Below are positions 9,286 through 19,412 of a stretch of 64,000 nt of DNA, piece by piece; the first letter of the stretch is position 1, and each line of letters starts with the position of its first letter. The stretch is taken from the IMG/VR virus record IMGVR_UViG_3300009506_000025, positions 1 through 64,000 of that record; one strand, given 5' to 3'. The position numbers and the translations under genes are program-made. The notes under the pieces were generated by a model. It was not told where the DNA came from. It saw only the letters and a program-made list of their open reading frames with translations, and did not search any database. The stretch comes from a virus.

Positions 9286-12212
9286 GGGCTCGATCAACGC
9301 CGTACCGCTTCTGGCTCATAGCAGCACTCCTGCTTTCGGGAGTGCTGACGATGGCTAAGAATCTCAACGGCCTTACTCTCACGGCCCCTTCCAGCGATCC
9401 CAACATCCTGGTGGGCGAATCGTTCGATTGCACGCTTACTCCTTCGTTCAACGGGTCGGGAACTCCAAACCCATACACTCTACAGTGGGAGTGGAACGAG
9501 GGAGAGGGGGCCTATTCGGCAATCGGTACGACGCCGACGAACGGCCTCTACCACGCCGCCACGAACCCGCTAGTCAATATCCAAGTAGACGGTCCTTCTA
9601 CGCTTGTAGTCTATGGTGGCACTAGCGGCATCTTTCACGTCCGCGGGAATGGAAACAGCGGCAGCTACTACACGTCGGAGCAGCAGGTAACCGTTTCCAG
9701 CGGTTCTGCTACTCCGAGTTCCACGCCCTCCGCCACGCCTTCCGCGACTCCCAGCGGCACGCCTTCAGCTACACCGTCAGCCACTCCCTCTTCGACCCCC
9801 AGTGCGACCCCTTCGGCCACTCCAAGTGCCACCCCGTCCGCCACACCTAGCACCACGCCCACTCCCAGCTCAACCCCGTCGGCGACCCCAAGTTCAACAC
9901 CCTCGACAACGCCCACTCCCTCAAGTACACCCTCCGCCACACCTAGCGCCACACCTTCCACCACCCCGACGCCGTCGAGTACGCCTTCATCTACGCCCTC
10001 CGCTACGCCGAGTACGACACCAACTCCCTCTAGCACACCGAGTGCAACGCCTTCAGCCACGCCGAGCGCAACCCCGTCTTCGACTCCTAGTGCCACCCCG
10101 AGCGCAACCCCATCTGCAACTCCGAGCACCACGCCGACACCATCGAGTACGCCAAGTTCCACTCCATCGGCAACTCCCAGTACGACTCCGACCCCGAGTT
10201 CCACGCCGTCAGCGACGCCGAGCGCAACCCCCAGTACCACCCCGACGCCTTCTAGTACCCCGTCGGCCACCCCCTCGGCCACACCGTCGACGACCCCGAC
10301 GCCTTCGAGCACTCCAAGCGCTACCCCTTCAAGCACGAGGAGTTCCACTCCAAGCTCTACCCCGAGCACTACGCCAACTCCCACAATAACCGGTACGGGG
10401 ACAGTATCAGCTACACCCTCTTCTACGCCGAGTTCCACGCCGTCGACGACCCCGACAGGCACTCCAACTATCACCCCGACCGCTACGCCATCATCCACCC
10501 CTTCATCCACTCCCAGCAATACGCCCTCCACCACCCCTACCCCGTCTTCGACCCCCAGCGCGACACCCTCAGCAACCCCCAGCGCCACTCCCTCGGCCAC
10601 TCCAAGTGCCACCCCAAGCACAACCCCCACACCCAGTTCGACTCCTTCGGCCACTCCATCTTCGACGCCGTCTGCCACCCCAACCCCCAGTTCAACTCCG
10701 AGCGCCACGCCCTCTGCGACGCCCAGTACGACGCCGACACCGAGTTCCACTCCCTCTGCCACCCCCAGCAGTACACCATCCGGTGCCGCGTTGTCCGTAG
10801 ACGACATCGTTGTCACCTGGTCAACAGCGAGTGCCACGCCGAGTTCGACTCCCTCTAGTACGCCGAGCGCTACTCCCTCTAGCACCCCCTCCGCGACCCC
10901 CAGCACTACGCCGACGCCTTCCAGCACGCCGAGCAGCACGCCCTCCAGCACGCGCAGCTCGACTCCAAGTTCCACACCAAGTACGACCCCCACCCCGACA
11001 GTGACTGGAACGGGAACGGTATCGGCAACGCCGTCTTCTACTCCGAGTTCAACACCGTCCACTACCCCAACCGGAACCCCGACGCCGAGTAATACACCTT
11101 CGACTACGCCAACTCCCTCTTCAACTCCCAGCTCTACGCCGTCGGCAACGCCCTCGGCAACTCCCAGCGCGACACCTTCAGCGACCCCGTCGGCTACTCC
11201 GAGCGCGACACCTTCGACTACGCCGACACCCAGTAGCACCCCTTCCGCGACGCCATCAGCGACCCCGAGCACCACGCCAACGCCCTCCAGTACACCGTCG
11301 GCTACCCCTTCTGCGACGCCCTCCACGACACCGACCCCTAGCAGCACGCCCAGCGCCACTCCATCGGCCACCCCGTCAGGGACCCCTTCGTCGACCCCGA
11401 GTAGCACGCCAAGTAGCACGCCGAGCAACACACCCTCGACGACCCCCACGCCTTCGAGTACCCCCAGTGCGACGCCCTCGGCCACACCCTCGACCACCCC
11501 TACTCCATCGAGTACGCCGTCTTCCACTCCTAGTGCGACGCCTTCGACTACCCCAACGCCCTCCAGTACGCCCTCCAGCACGCGGAGTTCGACGCCCAGT
11601 TCAACTCCAAGTACAACACCTACTCCAACAATAACTGGCACCGGCACCGTATCCGCCACACCATCTTCCACTCCGAGCACGACCGGGACTCCAACCCTTA
11701 CCCCGACGGCAACTCCATCCTCGACTCCGTCCTCGACACCTAGCAATACTCCCTCGACAACACCAACGCCTTCTTCTACGCCGAGTGCTACACCCTCGGC
11801 TACTCCCTCCGGGACGCCCAGCAGCACAGCCTCTGCGACCCCGAGTAGTACGCCCAGTGCGACGCCAAGCAACACACCGTCGGCGACCCCCACTCCATCC
11901 TCAACGCCAAGCGCAACCCCGTCAGCCACTCCGAGCGCGACGCCGAGCAGCACGCCGTCTGCTACCCCAACCCCATCCAGTACACCGAGCGCGACGCCGT
12001 CGACGACGCCAACGCCGAGCAGCACGCCCTCATCTACACCCAGCGCGACACCCAGCAGCACCCCCAGCGCTACACCCTCAACGACCCCTACCCCATCCAG
12101 CACCCCCAGCTCCACTCCAAGTTCTACCGGCGCCGCCGCCAGTGCGGTTCCCATTGTCGGGAGCGGAGGAATCCACTCCCTTGTCGGAGGGAGACAGGTC
12201 ATAAATGGATGA
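9282..12212 (+). CDS. Mucin-like Pro/Ser/Thr repeat protein with N-terminal Ig-like domain
   Basis: ATGA-coupled start with a hydrophobic leader (alternative start at 9351); ~800 aa of (S-x-T-P)n; overlaps the first glycosyltransferase gene. Confidence 0.9.
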   Translation: MRARSTPYRFWLIAALLLSGVLTMAKNLNGLTLTAPSSDPNILVGESFDCTLTPSFNGSGTPNPYTLQWEWNEGEGAYSAIGTTPTNGLYHAATNPLVNIQVDGPSTLVVYGGTSGIFHVRGNGNSGSYYTSEQQVTVSSGSATPSSTPSATPSATPSGTPSATPSATPSSTPSATPSATPSATPSATPSTTPTPSSTPSATPSSTPSTTPTPSSTPSATPSATPSTTPTPSSTPSSTPSATPSTTPTPSSTPSATPSATPSATPSSTPSATPSATPSATPSTTPTPSSTPSSTPSATPSTTPTPSSTPSATPSATPSTTPTPSSTPSATPSATPSTTPTPSSTPSATPSSTRSSTPSSTPSTTPTPTITGTGTVSATPSSTPSSTPSTTPTGTPTITPTATPSSTPSSTPSNTPSTTPTPSSTPSATPSATPSATPSATPSATPSTTPTPSSTPSATPSSTPSATPTPSSTPSATPSATPSTTPTPSSTPSATPSSTPSGAALSVDDIVVTWSTASATPSSTPSSTPSATPSSTPSATPSTTPTPSSTPSSTPSSTRSSTPSSTPSTTPTPTVTGTGTVSATPSSTPSSTPSTTPTGTPTPSNTPSTTPTPSSTPSSTPSATPSATPSATPSATPSATPSATPSTTPTPSSTPSATPSATPSTTPTPSSTPSATPSATPSTTPTPSSTPSATPSATPSGTPSSTPSSTPSSTPSNTPSTTPTPSSTPSATPSATPSTTPTPSSTPSSTPSATPSTTPTPSSTPSSTRSSTPSSTPSTTPTPTITGTGTVSATPSSTPSTTGTPTLTPTATPSSTPSSTPSNTPSTTPTPSSTPSATPSATPSGTPSSTASATPSSTPSATPSNTPSATPTPSSTPSATPSATPSATPSSTPSATPTPSSTPSATPSTTPTPSSTPSSTPSATPSSTPSATPSTTPTPSSTPSSTPSSTGAAASAVPIVGSGGIHSLVGGRQVING
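9700..12130 (+). repeat. Degenerate 12-bp coding repeat encoding (S-x-T-P)n
   Basis: About 200 tetrapeptide units with heavily varied synonymous codons; 3 copies of [18 protein letters not shown](I/V)[10 protein letters not shown]. Confidence 0.95.
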
Positions 12213-12915
12213 TCTGACTGTGATCTACATCACCGATAGCGTGCTGGACCCCACGATAGCCCACGGGTGCAGGAAAATACTAGCCAGGGCCGCTGGAGAT
12301 CACCGAATCATAAGCGTATCGCAGGACTTCCTGGAATTTGGGGACAACCTCTGCGTGGGCCGGATCGGACGTTCGGTGTTATCGATGGAACAGCAGATCG
12401 AAGCAGGACTGGAAGCGGCCACCTCACGGTGGGTTGCGATCGCCGAACACGATTGCATCTACTCAGAGGAACATTTTCGTTTTCGGCCACCAGACGACCG
12501 GTTATTCTGGTACAACAGAAACGTCTGGATCTTGAGGACAGACATCCAACGGTTCTCCTACAGGGAGCGCAAGATTCAATCTCAGATGGTCTGCGACAGG
12601 AAGCTACTCCTATCGGCGACAAGGATGAAGCTGGAGGTGGTAGCCAATCCGGGCTGGGAAAAGATGCGTCCCATGGGAGAGCCGGGAGCGGCTGGGTACT
12701 ACAGGTCGCGCCAAAGGTGTAGAGGGGAGGAGCTGAAGCGAATTGTCGGAGAGTACGCTCTGCGATTTAGCTCGCAGCCATTTGGGACCGCAGTACCCAA
12801 TGTGGATATTTGGCACGGAGGCAATCTTAGGGGCAGGCGAACCGGACTAAATGGGCGCTATCGATTGGAACCTTGGGGAGAATACGCAGATATATGGAAG
12901 ACATTCAGAAGCTAA
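12205..12915 (+). CDS. GT-A fold glycosyltransferase-like, paralog of 15403-16128
   Basis: IISVSQ, AGLEA, EHD (DxD-like), YNRNVW. Confidence 0.7.
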   Translation: MDDLTVIYITDSVLDPTIAHGCRKILARAAGDHRIISVSQDFLEFGDNLCVGRIGRSVLSMEQQIEAGLEAATSRWVAIAEHDCIYSEEHFRFRPPDDRLFWYNRNVWILRTDIQRFSYRERKIQSQMVCDRKLLLSATRMKLEVVANPGWEKMRPMGEPGAAGYYRSRQRCRGEELKRIVGEYALRFSSQPFGTAVPNVDIWHGGNLRGRRTGLNGRYRLEPWGEYADIWKTFRS

Positions 12916-13475
12916 TCCATCGCAGGTTCAAGATAAAGAAGCGCAGCGACAATGTCGTGCGAGGTGCTCGCGGAGATAGAGTAACCCTCGCGGCCCTATG
13001 GGGAGAGGTCGGCCTGAATCGAGGGGTGGAGGTCGGCGTATGCAGGGGGACGTTCTCCAAGATTCTCTGCCTCAACAATCCAAACATAGAGCTGTACTCG
13101 ATTGATCCGTGGTTCACCGGAGGGCGGGTTGGGCATCGCCGCGAGAGACATATGCGGAGAGCCATAAAGAAGCTGGCTCCATTTGCAGTCACCATCATCC
13201 GCAAGACCAGTATGGAGGCACTAGCCGACTTCGAGGACGGTAGCCTCGATTTCGCATTCATCGACGGAAACCACACGTTCGACTACGTAGCCCCGGATAT
13301 CATCTTCTGGTCAAAGAAGGTACGTAGCGGGGGAATGATCGGGGTCCATGACTACCACCGGCACCGCTGGGGTGGCGTGATCGAAGCCGTGAACGCCTAC
13401 ACGTTCTGCCACAACATCAACCCCTGGTACGTCACTTGGGAGGCCACGCCCACGGCGTTTTGGGTCAAGCCATGA
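12894..13475 (+). CDS. Class I SAM methyltransferase (Methyltransf_24-like)
   Basis: GVEVGV..G, IDPW, LDFAFIDGNH, W..KV..GG.I..HDY. Confidence 0.85.
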   Translation: MEDIQKLIHRRFKIKKRSDNVVRGARGDRVTLAALWGEVGLNRGVEVGVCRGTFSKILCLNNPNIELYSIDPWFTGGRVGHRRERHMRRAIKKLAPFAVTIIRKTSMEALADFEDGSLDFAFIDGNHTFDYVAPDIIFWSKKVRSGGMIGVHDYHRHRWGGVIEAVNAYTFCHNINPWYVTWEATPTAFWVKP

Positions 13476-14164
13476 AGCTCTCGATCATCATCCCGGTCCT
13501 CAACAGCCACGAGATCGTCCGGAGGCAGATGGTGCATTACTCCGCGATGCCTCTTCCTCCAGACGTGGAGGTGATCCTGGTGGACGATGGGAGTGATCCG
13601 CCTATCCCCCAATCCATGGATCGATACATCAACATCCTCCGAACGCACGATACCCGCCCCTGGACCCAGCCCAAGGCCAGGAACATTGGCGCCCGTGCGG
13701 CCTGCGGCGAGTTCCTGCTGTTCACGGACATCGACCACATCGTACCGGAAGACAGCGTGAAGTGGTGCATGGATTGTCAATACGATTTTTCCAAGTTCCG
13801 ACGCTACCTGGGCGTCCTGGACGAGTTCGGCAGGATCACCCAGGATCGACAGGTGCTGGAGCAATACGGGGTCGACAGGAAGAAAGGGCTCCGCGTCTCT
13901 TGCCATACCCTCAGCATGGTTGTCCGCCGGGACCTGTTCTGGGAGACGGGGGGATACCGAGAGAAACTCGGCAAGCATCCAACCCACGATGATGGACATA
14001 TGAAGAAGATGCTGGGGCGTCGAGTTCGTAGAGGGGAAATCACTCGCTGTCCCGACGGACACGGGGAGGACGAGCGTCCAGTGATCTACGTCTTCCCAAA
14101 CGGGAGGTTTGGCGGCAGCGAAAACCATAATCCCATGGGCCTGTTCCACAGCTTGCAGCGATGA
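13472..14164 (+). CDS. GT2 glycosyltransferase
   Basis: LSIIIPVLN, VDDGSD, ARNIGA, FTDID, GGYRE. Confidence 0.9.
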   Translation: MKLSIIIPVLNSHEIVRRQMVHYSAMPLPPDVEVILVDDGSDPPIPQSMDRYINILRTHDTRPWTQPKARNIGARAACGEFLLFTDIDHIVPEDSVKWCMDCQYDFSKFRRYLGVLDEFGRITQDRQVLEQYGVDRKKGLRVSCHTLSMVVRRDLFWETGGYREKLGKHPTHDDGHMKKMLGRRVRRGEITRCPDGHGEDERPVIYVFPNGRFGGSENHNPMGLFHSLQR

Positions 14165-14763
14165 AGATACTACCCCCAGCCAGCTATGCCGCATACCGCG
14201 CCGGCCAGCGGAAAAAGTACCGCAAAAAGCGGAACCACGTCTGGATCAATCGTCGAGAGTGGGACTTTCTGGCTGCTACGATTCGCGAATGTGCCAAAGA
14301 GCTACGCCAGGGGATCTGCCACGGCGTCCGGAAGGGGATCGAGTGCGACAGGCTATCGGAACTCCTGGAGATCCCCGTGATCGGGACGGAGATCGGGAAC
14401 CCTCACTGGCACAGGGTAGTAGCGAATTGGGATTTTCATAAGACAAAGCCTGAGTGGAACGAGCAGTTTTCGTTTGTGTACTCCAACGCCCTGGACCACT
14501 CCTACGACCCGAGCCTGGCCCTGGCGACCTGGGCCACGCAGCTTCACGTCGGCGGGATCATGGTCCTGCACTGGGCGACGGATGATTTGGAGCCCAGCAG
14601 CCCGGAGGACTGCTTCGGCGCGACCCTGGAGGAGTACGCAGAATTGGTAGGTGTGCATTGTAGCGAGGTGCGGCTTATACCCTCTCCCGTCAAAAGGGGA
14701 AACAGGACCCTTGTCGTTGGAACGCGCAATGAGACTCTCCATCGTGACCCCCGTGTTGGATAG
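14161..14763 (+). CDS. SAM methyltransferase-like protein
   Basis: CHGVR.G.E, GTEI, WDFH, FSFVYSNALDHSYDP...L..W...L..GG. Confidence 0.75.
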   Translation: MKILPPASYAAYRAGQRKKYRKKRNHVWINRREWDFLAATIRECAKELRQGICHGVRKGIECDRLSELLEIPVIGTEIGNPHWHRVVANWDFHKTKPEWNEQFSFVYSNALDHSYDPSLALATWATQLHVGGIMVLHWATDDLEPSSPEDCFGATLEEYAELVGVHCSEVRLIPSPVKRGNRTLVVGTRNETLHRDPRVG

Positions 14764-15406
14764 CCACGAGATCGTCCGTAGGCAGTTGCTCCACTACAAT
14801 CGGATGGATCTGCCGGACTCCGTGGAAATCCTCTTCATGGACGATGGGAGCGATCCGCCGCTGGAAGGGAACGGGCGGGTTACGGTTCACCGGACGAACG
14901 ACACGCGCAAATGGACGGAGCACATTGCCCGCAACAAGGGGGCACAACTAGCCCGCGGCGAATACCTGCTGATGATCGACGTCGACTACATCGTACCCGA
15001 GCAGACCATCCTCCGGGCCATCGCCTTCGACGGGGATCGCATGGACTTCGATAGGAGATTTGGGGTTCTCGATAGGGAGGGGAAGGTCGATACCAGCATC
15101 CAAACTCTTGCCGTGTGGGGCCTGCTTCCGAAGTGGCAACGCAGGCGGACCCCCAACCACCGAAGTCAGTACCTAATGCGAAAGTCGCTGTTTGAGAAGA
15201 TCGGCGGTTATCGCGAGGATCGCTGGGGTAAGGCTCACCCGAAGGGAGGCGGGGCGGGGCAGAAGTTCTTCCTGAATTGGCGGAGACAGGAGATCCCACT
15301 GCCGGAGGAACGGCCCATCGTCTACATGTTTCCCAACGGGAAGTATTGCGGAGATCTGGACTACAACCCGTTTGGATACTTTCACAAGCTGACACGCAAA
15401 GCATGA
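14729..15406 (+). CDS. GT2 glycosyltransferase, paralog of 13472-14164
   Basis: LSIVTPVLDSHEIVRRQ, MDDGSDPP, ARNKGA, IDVD, IGGYRE. Confidence 0.9.
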   Translation: MRLSIVTPVLDSHEIVRRQLLHYNRMDLPDSVEILFMDDGSDPPLEGNGRVTVHRTNDTRKWTEHIARNKGAQLARGEYLLMIDVDYIVPEQTILRAIAFDGDRMDFDRRFGVLDREGKVDTSIQTLAVWGLLPKWQRRRTPNHRSQYLMRKSLFEKIGGYREDRWGKAHPKGGGAGQKFFLNWRRQEIPLPEERPIVYMFPNGKYCGDLDYNPFGYFHKLTRKA

Positions 15407-16128
15407 CCGGAGGCATCGTCTACTACACGCACAACCGGGGTGACCCCATGATCCTCGCTGCCTGCCGCAGGCAGATCGACCGAGCAAGAGGAGAGATTCC
15501 TGTGGTAGCTGTATCGCAGAATCCGCTGGATTGGGGCGATCAGAATATCGTGATGAAGGGGATTGGGAGGACGGACCTGGCCATGTTCCGCCAGCAACTC
15601 GCGGGGCTGGAGGCCGTCGGAACCGACTACGTGTTTTTCTGCGAGCACGACGTACTCTACCACCCGAGCCACTTTACCTTTGTTCCCCCCACAGATGACA
15701 AATACTACTTCAACTGGAACGTCTGGGCCGTGGATGCTGACACGGGCCAAGCGCTTCACTACGACGGGATGCGGATGACCTCGGGGGTCGTGGCCTATCG
15801 CGATATCCTGATCGAGCACTACAGGAAGAAGATCGAGATAACGAGGAGGCGAGGAAAGTTCTCCCGGCAGCTCCTTGGATATGAGCCCGGTAAGCCGAAG
15901 TCCCGGGAGATGCTGGGGAACTACAGGCAGGGGAAGTTCTACTCCACACTGCCCAACATCGACATCAAGCACGACCGCAACATTACCCGGAAGCGATTCG
16001 CCCCAAGCGATTACCGGAACTGGACGCACATAATGGACTCGTGGACCCTGGCCGATTCCGTTCCCTACTGGGGAACGACCAAGGGTAGGTTCAGGGAATT
16101 CCTGGCAGAGGTGGCGAATGGTAATTGA
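15403..16128 (+). CDS. GT-A fold glycosyltransferase-like, paralog of 12205-12915
   Basis: VVAVSQ, AGLEA, EHDVLY, FNWNVW. Confidence 0.7.
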   Translation: MTGGIVYYTHNRGDPMILAACRRQIDRARGEIPVVAVSQNPLDWGDQNIVMKGIGRTDLAMFRQQLAGLEAVGTDYVFFCEHDVLYHPSHFTFVPPTDDKYYFNWNVWAVDADTGQALHYDGMRMTSGVVAYRDILIEHYRKKIEITRRRGKFSRQLLGYEPGKPKSREMLGNYRQGKFYSTLPNIDIKHDRNITRKRFAPSDYRNWTHIMDSWTLADSVPYWGTTKGRFREFLAEVANGN

Positions 16129-16933
16129 CTGCTTTCCGTTCTTCAACGAACTGGACCTGCTGGAGATCCGCCTCCACGAGCTGGCTCCCGTGGTGGACGT
16201 GTTCGTTCTCTCCGAGGCGACGCTGACGTTCACCGGGAAGCCAAAGCCCCTCTACTACCACGACAACCGGAGTCGCTTCAGGGAGTTCTCTGATCGCATC
16301 CACCACCTGGTCGTCTCCGATTACACGGGGATGAAGCTCAATGACACCCGCTCCATGGACCGGGAGCAGAAGCAACGGGGGCTGGACTGGATGGTGGAAC
16401 GCTTCAAGCCGGGCTTGCAGGATCTCGTGATCATGGCCGACGTGGACGAGATTCCCAGGGCCAGCACGATTGCCCAGGCCGAGAAGGAGACGGGGTGGAT
16501 TGCGGCGATGATTGAGATGCAGTTGTACTACTACTACATGAACTGCCGCGCCAAGGGGCGACCGGGGTCGTGGAGAAACCCCCGCCTGCTTCGCGTAAAC
16601 AGGGGAGAGAGGATTCACTACAACAGCACCCGGAAGGGGTGGCGAGACAAGGACTACTGGGACGCTGGGTGGCACTTCAGCTTTCTCCACGGGTCCGTCG
16701 CCGACATCCAGTACAAGGTCTCCTCGTACACCCACGCGCCGGAGTTCGACAACGACCATTACATGGCGCCTGAGCATATCAGCGACTGTATCGAACAGGG
16801 GAGGGATATCTTCCGCAGGAAGAGATACCAGTTTGAGTACCTCGATGACTTGGGATTTCTGCCCGAGTACGTGCAGAACCATCTCGATAGGTTTGCCAAG
16901 TACATTCACCAGCCATGCGAGACCTTAGCGTAA
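16118..16933 (+). CDS. GT17-like (MGAT3-type beta-GlcNAc transferase) glycosyltransferase
   Basis: IDCF.FFNELDLLEIRLHEL..VVD.FV..E...TFTG.PKPL, DVDEIP, GWHFSF. Confidence 0.9.
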   Translation: MVIDCFPFFNELDLLEIRLHELAPVVDVFVLSEATLTFTGKPKPLYYHDNRSRFREFSDRIHHLVVSDYTGMKLNDTRSMDREQKQRGLDWMVERFKPGLQDLVIMADVDEIPRASTIAQAEKETGWIAAMIEMQLYYYYMNCRAKGRPGSWRNPRLLRVNRGERIHYNSTRKGWRDKDYWDAGWHFSFLHGSVADIQYKVSSYTHAPEFDNDHYMAPEHISDCIEQGRDIFRRKRYQFEYLDDLGFLPEYVQNHLDRFAKYIHQPCETLA

Positions 16934-17844
16934 TCATCCCCGCCCGCAACGAGATGTTCCTGAACAGAACGGTCCAGGATGTCCTCGACCATGCGCGGGC
17001 CGATACCGAGGTGATCGTAGTCCTCGATGGCTACTGGCCTGATCCACCGTTGCCGGACAACGACCGGGTGATCGTACTCCACCACACCACGGCGATCGGA
17101 CAGAGGGCCGCCACCAACCAGGGGGCCAGGGTCTCGCAGGCGAAGTACGTGATGAAGCTCGACGCCCACTGCTCGCTGGACGAGGGCTTCGACGTGAAGC
17201 TCATGGAGGACTGCCAGCCGGACTGGACGATGATCCCGAGCATGTATAACTTCCACGCCTTTGATTGGAGATGTGTGGCCTGCGGGAACCAGACCTATCA
17301 AGGATTCAAGCCGTCGCTGTGCTCCAAGTGCAAGGCAACCGAGTTCGAGATGGTGGTGACCTGGGAGCCCCGCTGGAACCGAAAGACGGTCTCCTGGCGG
17401 TTCGACAAGAACATGCAGTTCCAGTATTGGCGGAAACACTGCAAGAGGGCCGAGGTCAAGGGCGACCTGATCGAGACGATGTGCTTCATCGGGGCCTGCA
17501 TGTTGATGGAGAGGAAAAGGTTCTGGGACCTCGGGGGGATGGACGAGGCTCACGGAAGCTGGGGCCAGTTCGGCACGGAGATCTCCTGCAAGTCCTGGCT
17601 CTCCGGGGGAAAGCTGATCACGAGCCAGAAGACCTGGTTTGCCCACCTCTTCCGCACCGGGAACTTCAGCCACAATGGCCATTCTACGTTTCCCTACCCG
17701 CTGAGCCAGCAGGCCATTGATCGGGCCAGGGCATACTCCAAGGACCTCTGGCTGAACGACAAGTGGCCCGGAGCGATATTGCCGCTTTCCTGGCTAGTTG
17801 ATAGATTTAAGCCAGTTCCCGATTGGCATGAGGGGGCGAGATGA
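16915..17844 (+). CDS. GT-A glycosyltransferase resembling polypeptide GalNAc transferases (GT27-like), with Zn-ribbon insert
   Basis: SVIIPARNE, LDAHC (DxH), LGGMD...SWG..GTEISCKSWLSGG, AHLFR...FPY; CxxC...CxxC insert. Confidence 0.75.
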   Translation: MRDLSVIIPARNEMFLNRTVQDVLDHARADTEVIVVLDGYWPDPPLPDNDRVIVLHHTTAIGQRAATNQGARVSQAKYVMKLDAHCSLDEGFDVKLMEDCQPDWTMIPSMYNFHAFDWRCVACGNQTYQGFKPSLCSKCKATEFEMVVTWEPRWNRKTVSWRFDKNMQFQYWRKHCKRAEVKGDLIETMCFIGACMLMERKRFWDLGGMDEAHGSWGQFGTEISCKSWLSGGKLITSQKTWFAHLFRTGNFSHNGHSTFPYPLSQQAIDRARAYSKDLWLNDKWPGAILPLSWLVDRFKPVPDWHEGAR

Positions 17845-18056
17845 AGACCTGCAAGACCTGTATCTGGTGGGACACGAATCATCCGAGACTTTTGTTCGCA
17901 CCGAAAGTGTCTGGTATGCACTGTCCTGGCTTCTGCCGGAAACACAAACCCGGGGCCTACTCGGTGGCGACCGGCGAACACGGAAATTTCGCGATTGGAA
18001 TCCAGCCCATAACCGACGGCGATGAGGGCTGCGCTGAACACAGGGAGTCGATCTAA
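17841..18056 (+). CDS. Small Cys-rich protein
   Basis: CKTC..W, GFCRKHKP, P.T....C.EH; ATGA overlap. Confidence 0.7.
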   Translation: MKTCKTCIWWDTNHPRLLFAPKVSGMHCPGFCRKHKPGAYSVATGEHGNFAIGIQPITDGDEGCAEHRESI

Positions 18057-18676
18057 TGGGTTGTCCTACCTCCTGCGTACTCGGTGAAGATCTGGTCTTC
18101 TCGGTCACAACCCACGATCCGGATACCGGCGTGCTGACCGACGCGGATTCTGTCCCCAGCTACCGGATCTACGAGGACGAAACCACCGCGGCAATCCTCA
18201 ATGGCAGCATGGCAAAGCTCGACGACGTAAACACGACGGGCTTCTATAGCGAGTTGATTGCCGTTACGGCAGGCAACGGATTCGAGGCCGGGAAGAATTA
18301 CACGGTCTACATCGAGGCGACGGTTGACTCCGACACCGGCGGTATCAGCTACGCCTTCAAGGTAACACCCGCGGTCCCAGATGCGAACGCGGTTCAGATC
18401 AATGACAGCGCAGCGGCAGCCGCGCAGCTCGCGCTCTCCGCTATCGGTATCGTGTCCGGCGCGGCTATCCTGGGGACCTTGTCCACGACCCAGATGACGA
18501 CAGACCTCACCGAAGCGACGGACGATCATTACATCGGCGGGGTGATCGTCTGGACCAGTGGGGCGCTGGCAGGACAGCGGAGCGACGTGACGGACTACGA
18601 CGGTGCAGTCAAGATGCTCACCTACACGGCGACTACCGACGCCCCCTCGGCGGCGGATACCTTCGTGATTATCTGA
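18056..18676 (+). CDS. Putative virion structural protein
   Basis: Ig-like TG.Y start; Thr/Ala/Asp-rich; C-terminal G..AGQ...VTDY......T.......P...DTFVI. Confidence 0.7.
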   Translation: MGCPTSCVLGEDLVFSVTTHDPDTGVLTDADSVPSYRIYEDETTAAILNGSMAKLDDVNTTGFYSELIAVTAGNGFEAGKNYTVYIEATVDSDTGGISYAFKVTPAVPDANAVQINDSAAAAAQLALSAIGIVSGAAILGTLSTTQMTTDLTEATDDHYIGGVIVWTSGALAGQRSDVTDYDGAVKMLTYTATTDAPSAADTFVII

Positions 18677-18677
18677 G

Positions 18678-18908
18678 ATGGCGCAGCTCACCAGACAATC
18701 CCTGATGGCCGTCGCGATGGGCATGTATGGCTCCTTCGCAGGGAAGCTGCCCGCCGAGGTATCGGCACTGGACGGTACGCCCGACGAGACCCTCCGTCGT
18801 GGAGAGCCGGTGACCGACACGCTCAGGAGAGGCGAACAAGTAACCGGGACACTCCGCCGCAGCGGAGACCCGGATGATCCGCTGTGGAAGCATTGGAAAC
18901 CTAACTGA
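18678..18908 (+). CDS. Small protein with three TLRR(G/S) decapeptide repeats
   Basis: ETLRRGEPVT-DTLRRGEQVT-GTLRRSG. Confidence 0.6.
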   Translation: MAQLTRQSLMAVAMGMYGSFAGKLPAEVSALDGTPDETLRRGEPVTDTLRRGEQVTGTLRRSGDPDDPLWKHWKPN

Positions 18909-18921
18909 AAAGGAGAGCGAG

Positions 18922-19380
18922 ATGAGACGTTGGACAAAAGTGCTATTTAGTGGTCTCCATGTTACGGTGCTGATAGCCCTTCTCGCCGTAGCTATTTACG
19001 GAGCCTTCTGTACGCTTAACTATTTTGCCTCGGCTGGTGTGCCGCCCATCGGCGGCCAATCGATGCAGGTGATCGATGGAATCCTAACCCCCGTGGGATA
19101 CCACCAGTACACCTCGCTGGCAACGTCCAAGGATCTCAGTGATGGCGGGACGTTTACAATCCCCGCAAATGCCCAGATTGCCTGGATTCAGGCCGAGACC
19201 AAGGACGTCCGCTGGAGGGACGCCGACTATGCCGACGGCGACACGACCAACCCTACCGCTACGGTGGGCATGGTCCTTGCCGCCGGGAACTCGATCTGGT
19301 ATCACGGAAACCTCAAGGCAATCGAGTTCATCGAGACTTCCGCCAGCGCCAAGCTGAACGTCTCGTTCTATGCAAAATAG
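18922..19380 (+). CDS. N-terminally membrane-anchored beta-sandwich protein
   Basis: AAGGAG SD; TM segment followed by IQAE..DVRWRD...PT..VG..L.AG...LNVSFY. Confidence 0.75.
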   Translation: MRRWTKVLFSGLHVTVLIALLAVAIYGAFCTLNYFASAGVPPIGGQSMQVIDGILTPVGYHQYTSLATSKDLSDGGTFTIPANAQIAWIQAETKDVRWRDADYADGDTTNPTATVGMVLAAGNSIWYHGNLKAIEFIETSASAKLNVSFYAK

Positions 19381-19412
19381 GAACGGACACCCTCGGCTGA
19401 GGCTCGGATGCC

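Noticed and set aside
9700-12130. Possible CRISPR or non-coding repeat array
   Set aside because: No constant repeat/unique spacer structure; the periodicity is codon-based within one ORF.
9668-12202. 844-aa antisense Gly/Val/Glu-rich ORF
   Set aside because: Shadow of the Ser/Thr/Pro repeat codons; no independent domain or plausible context.
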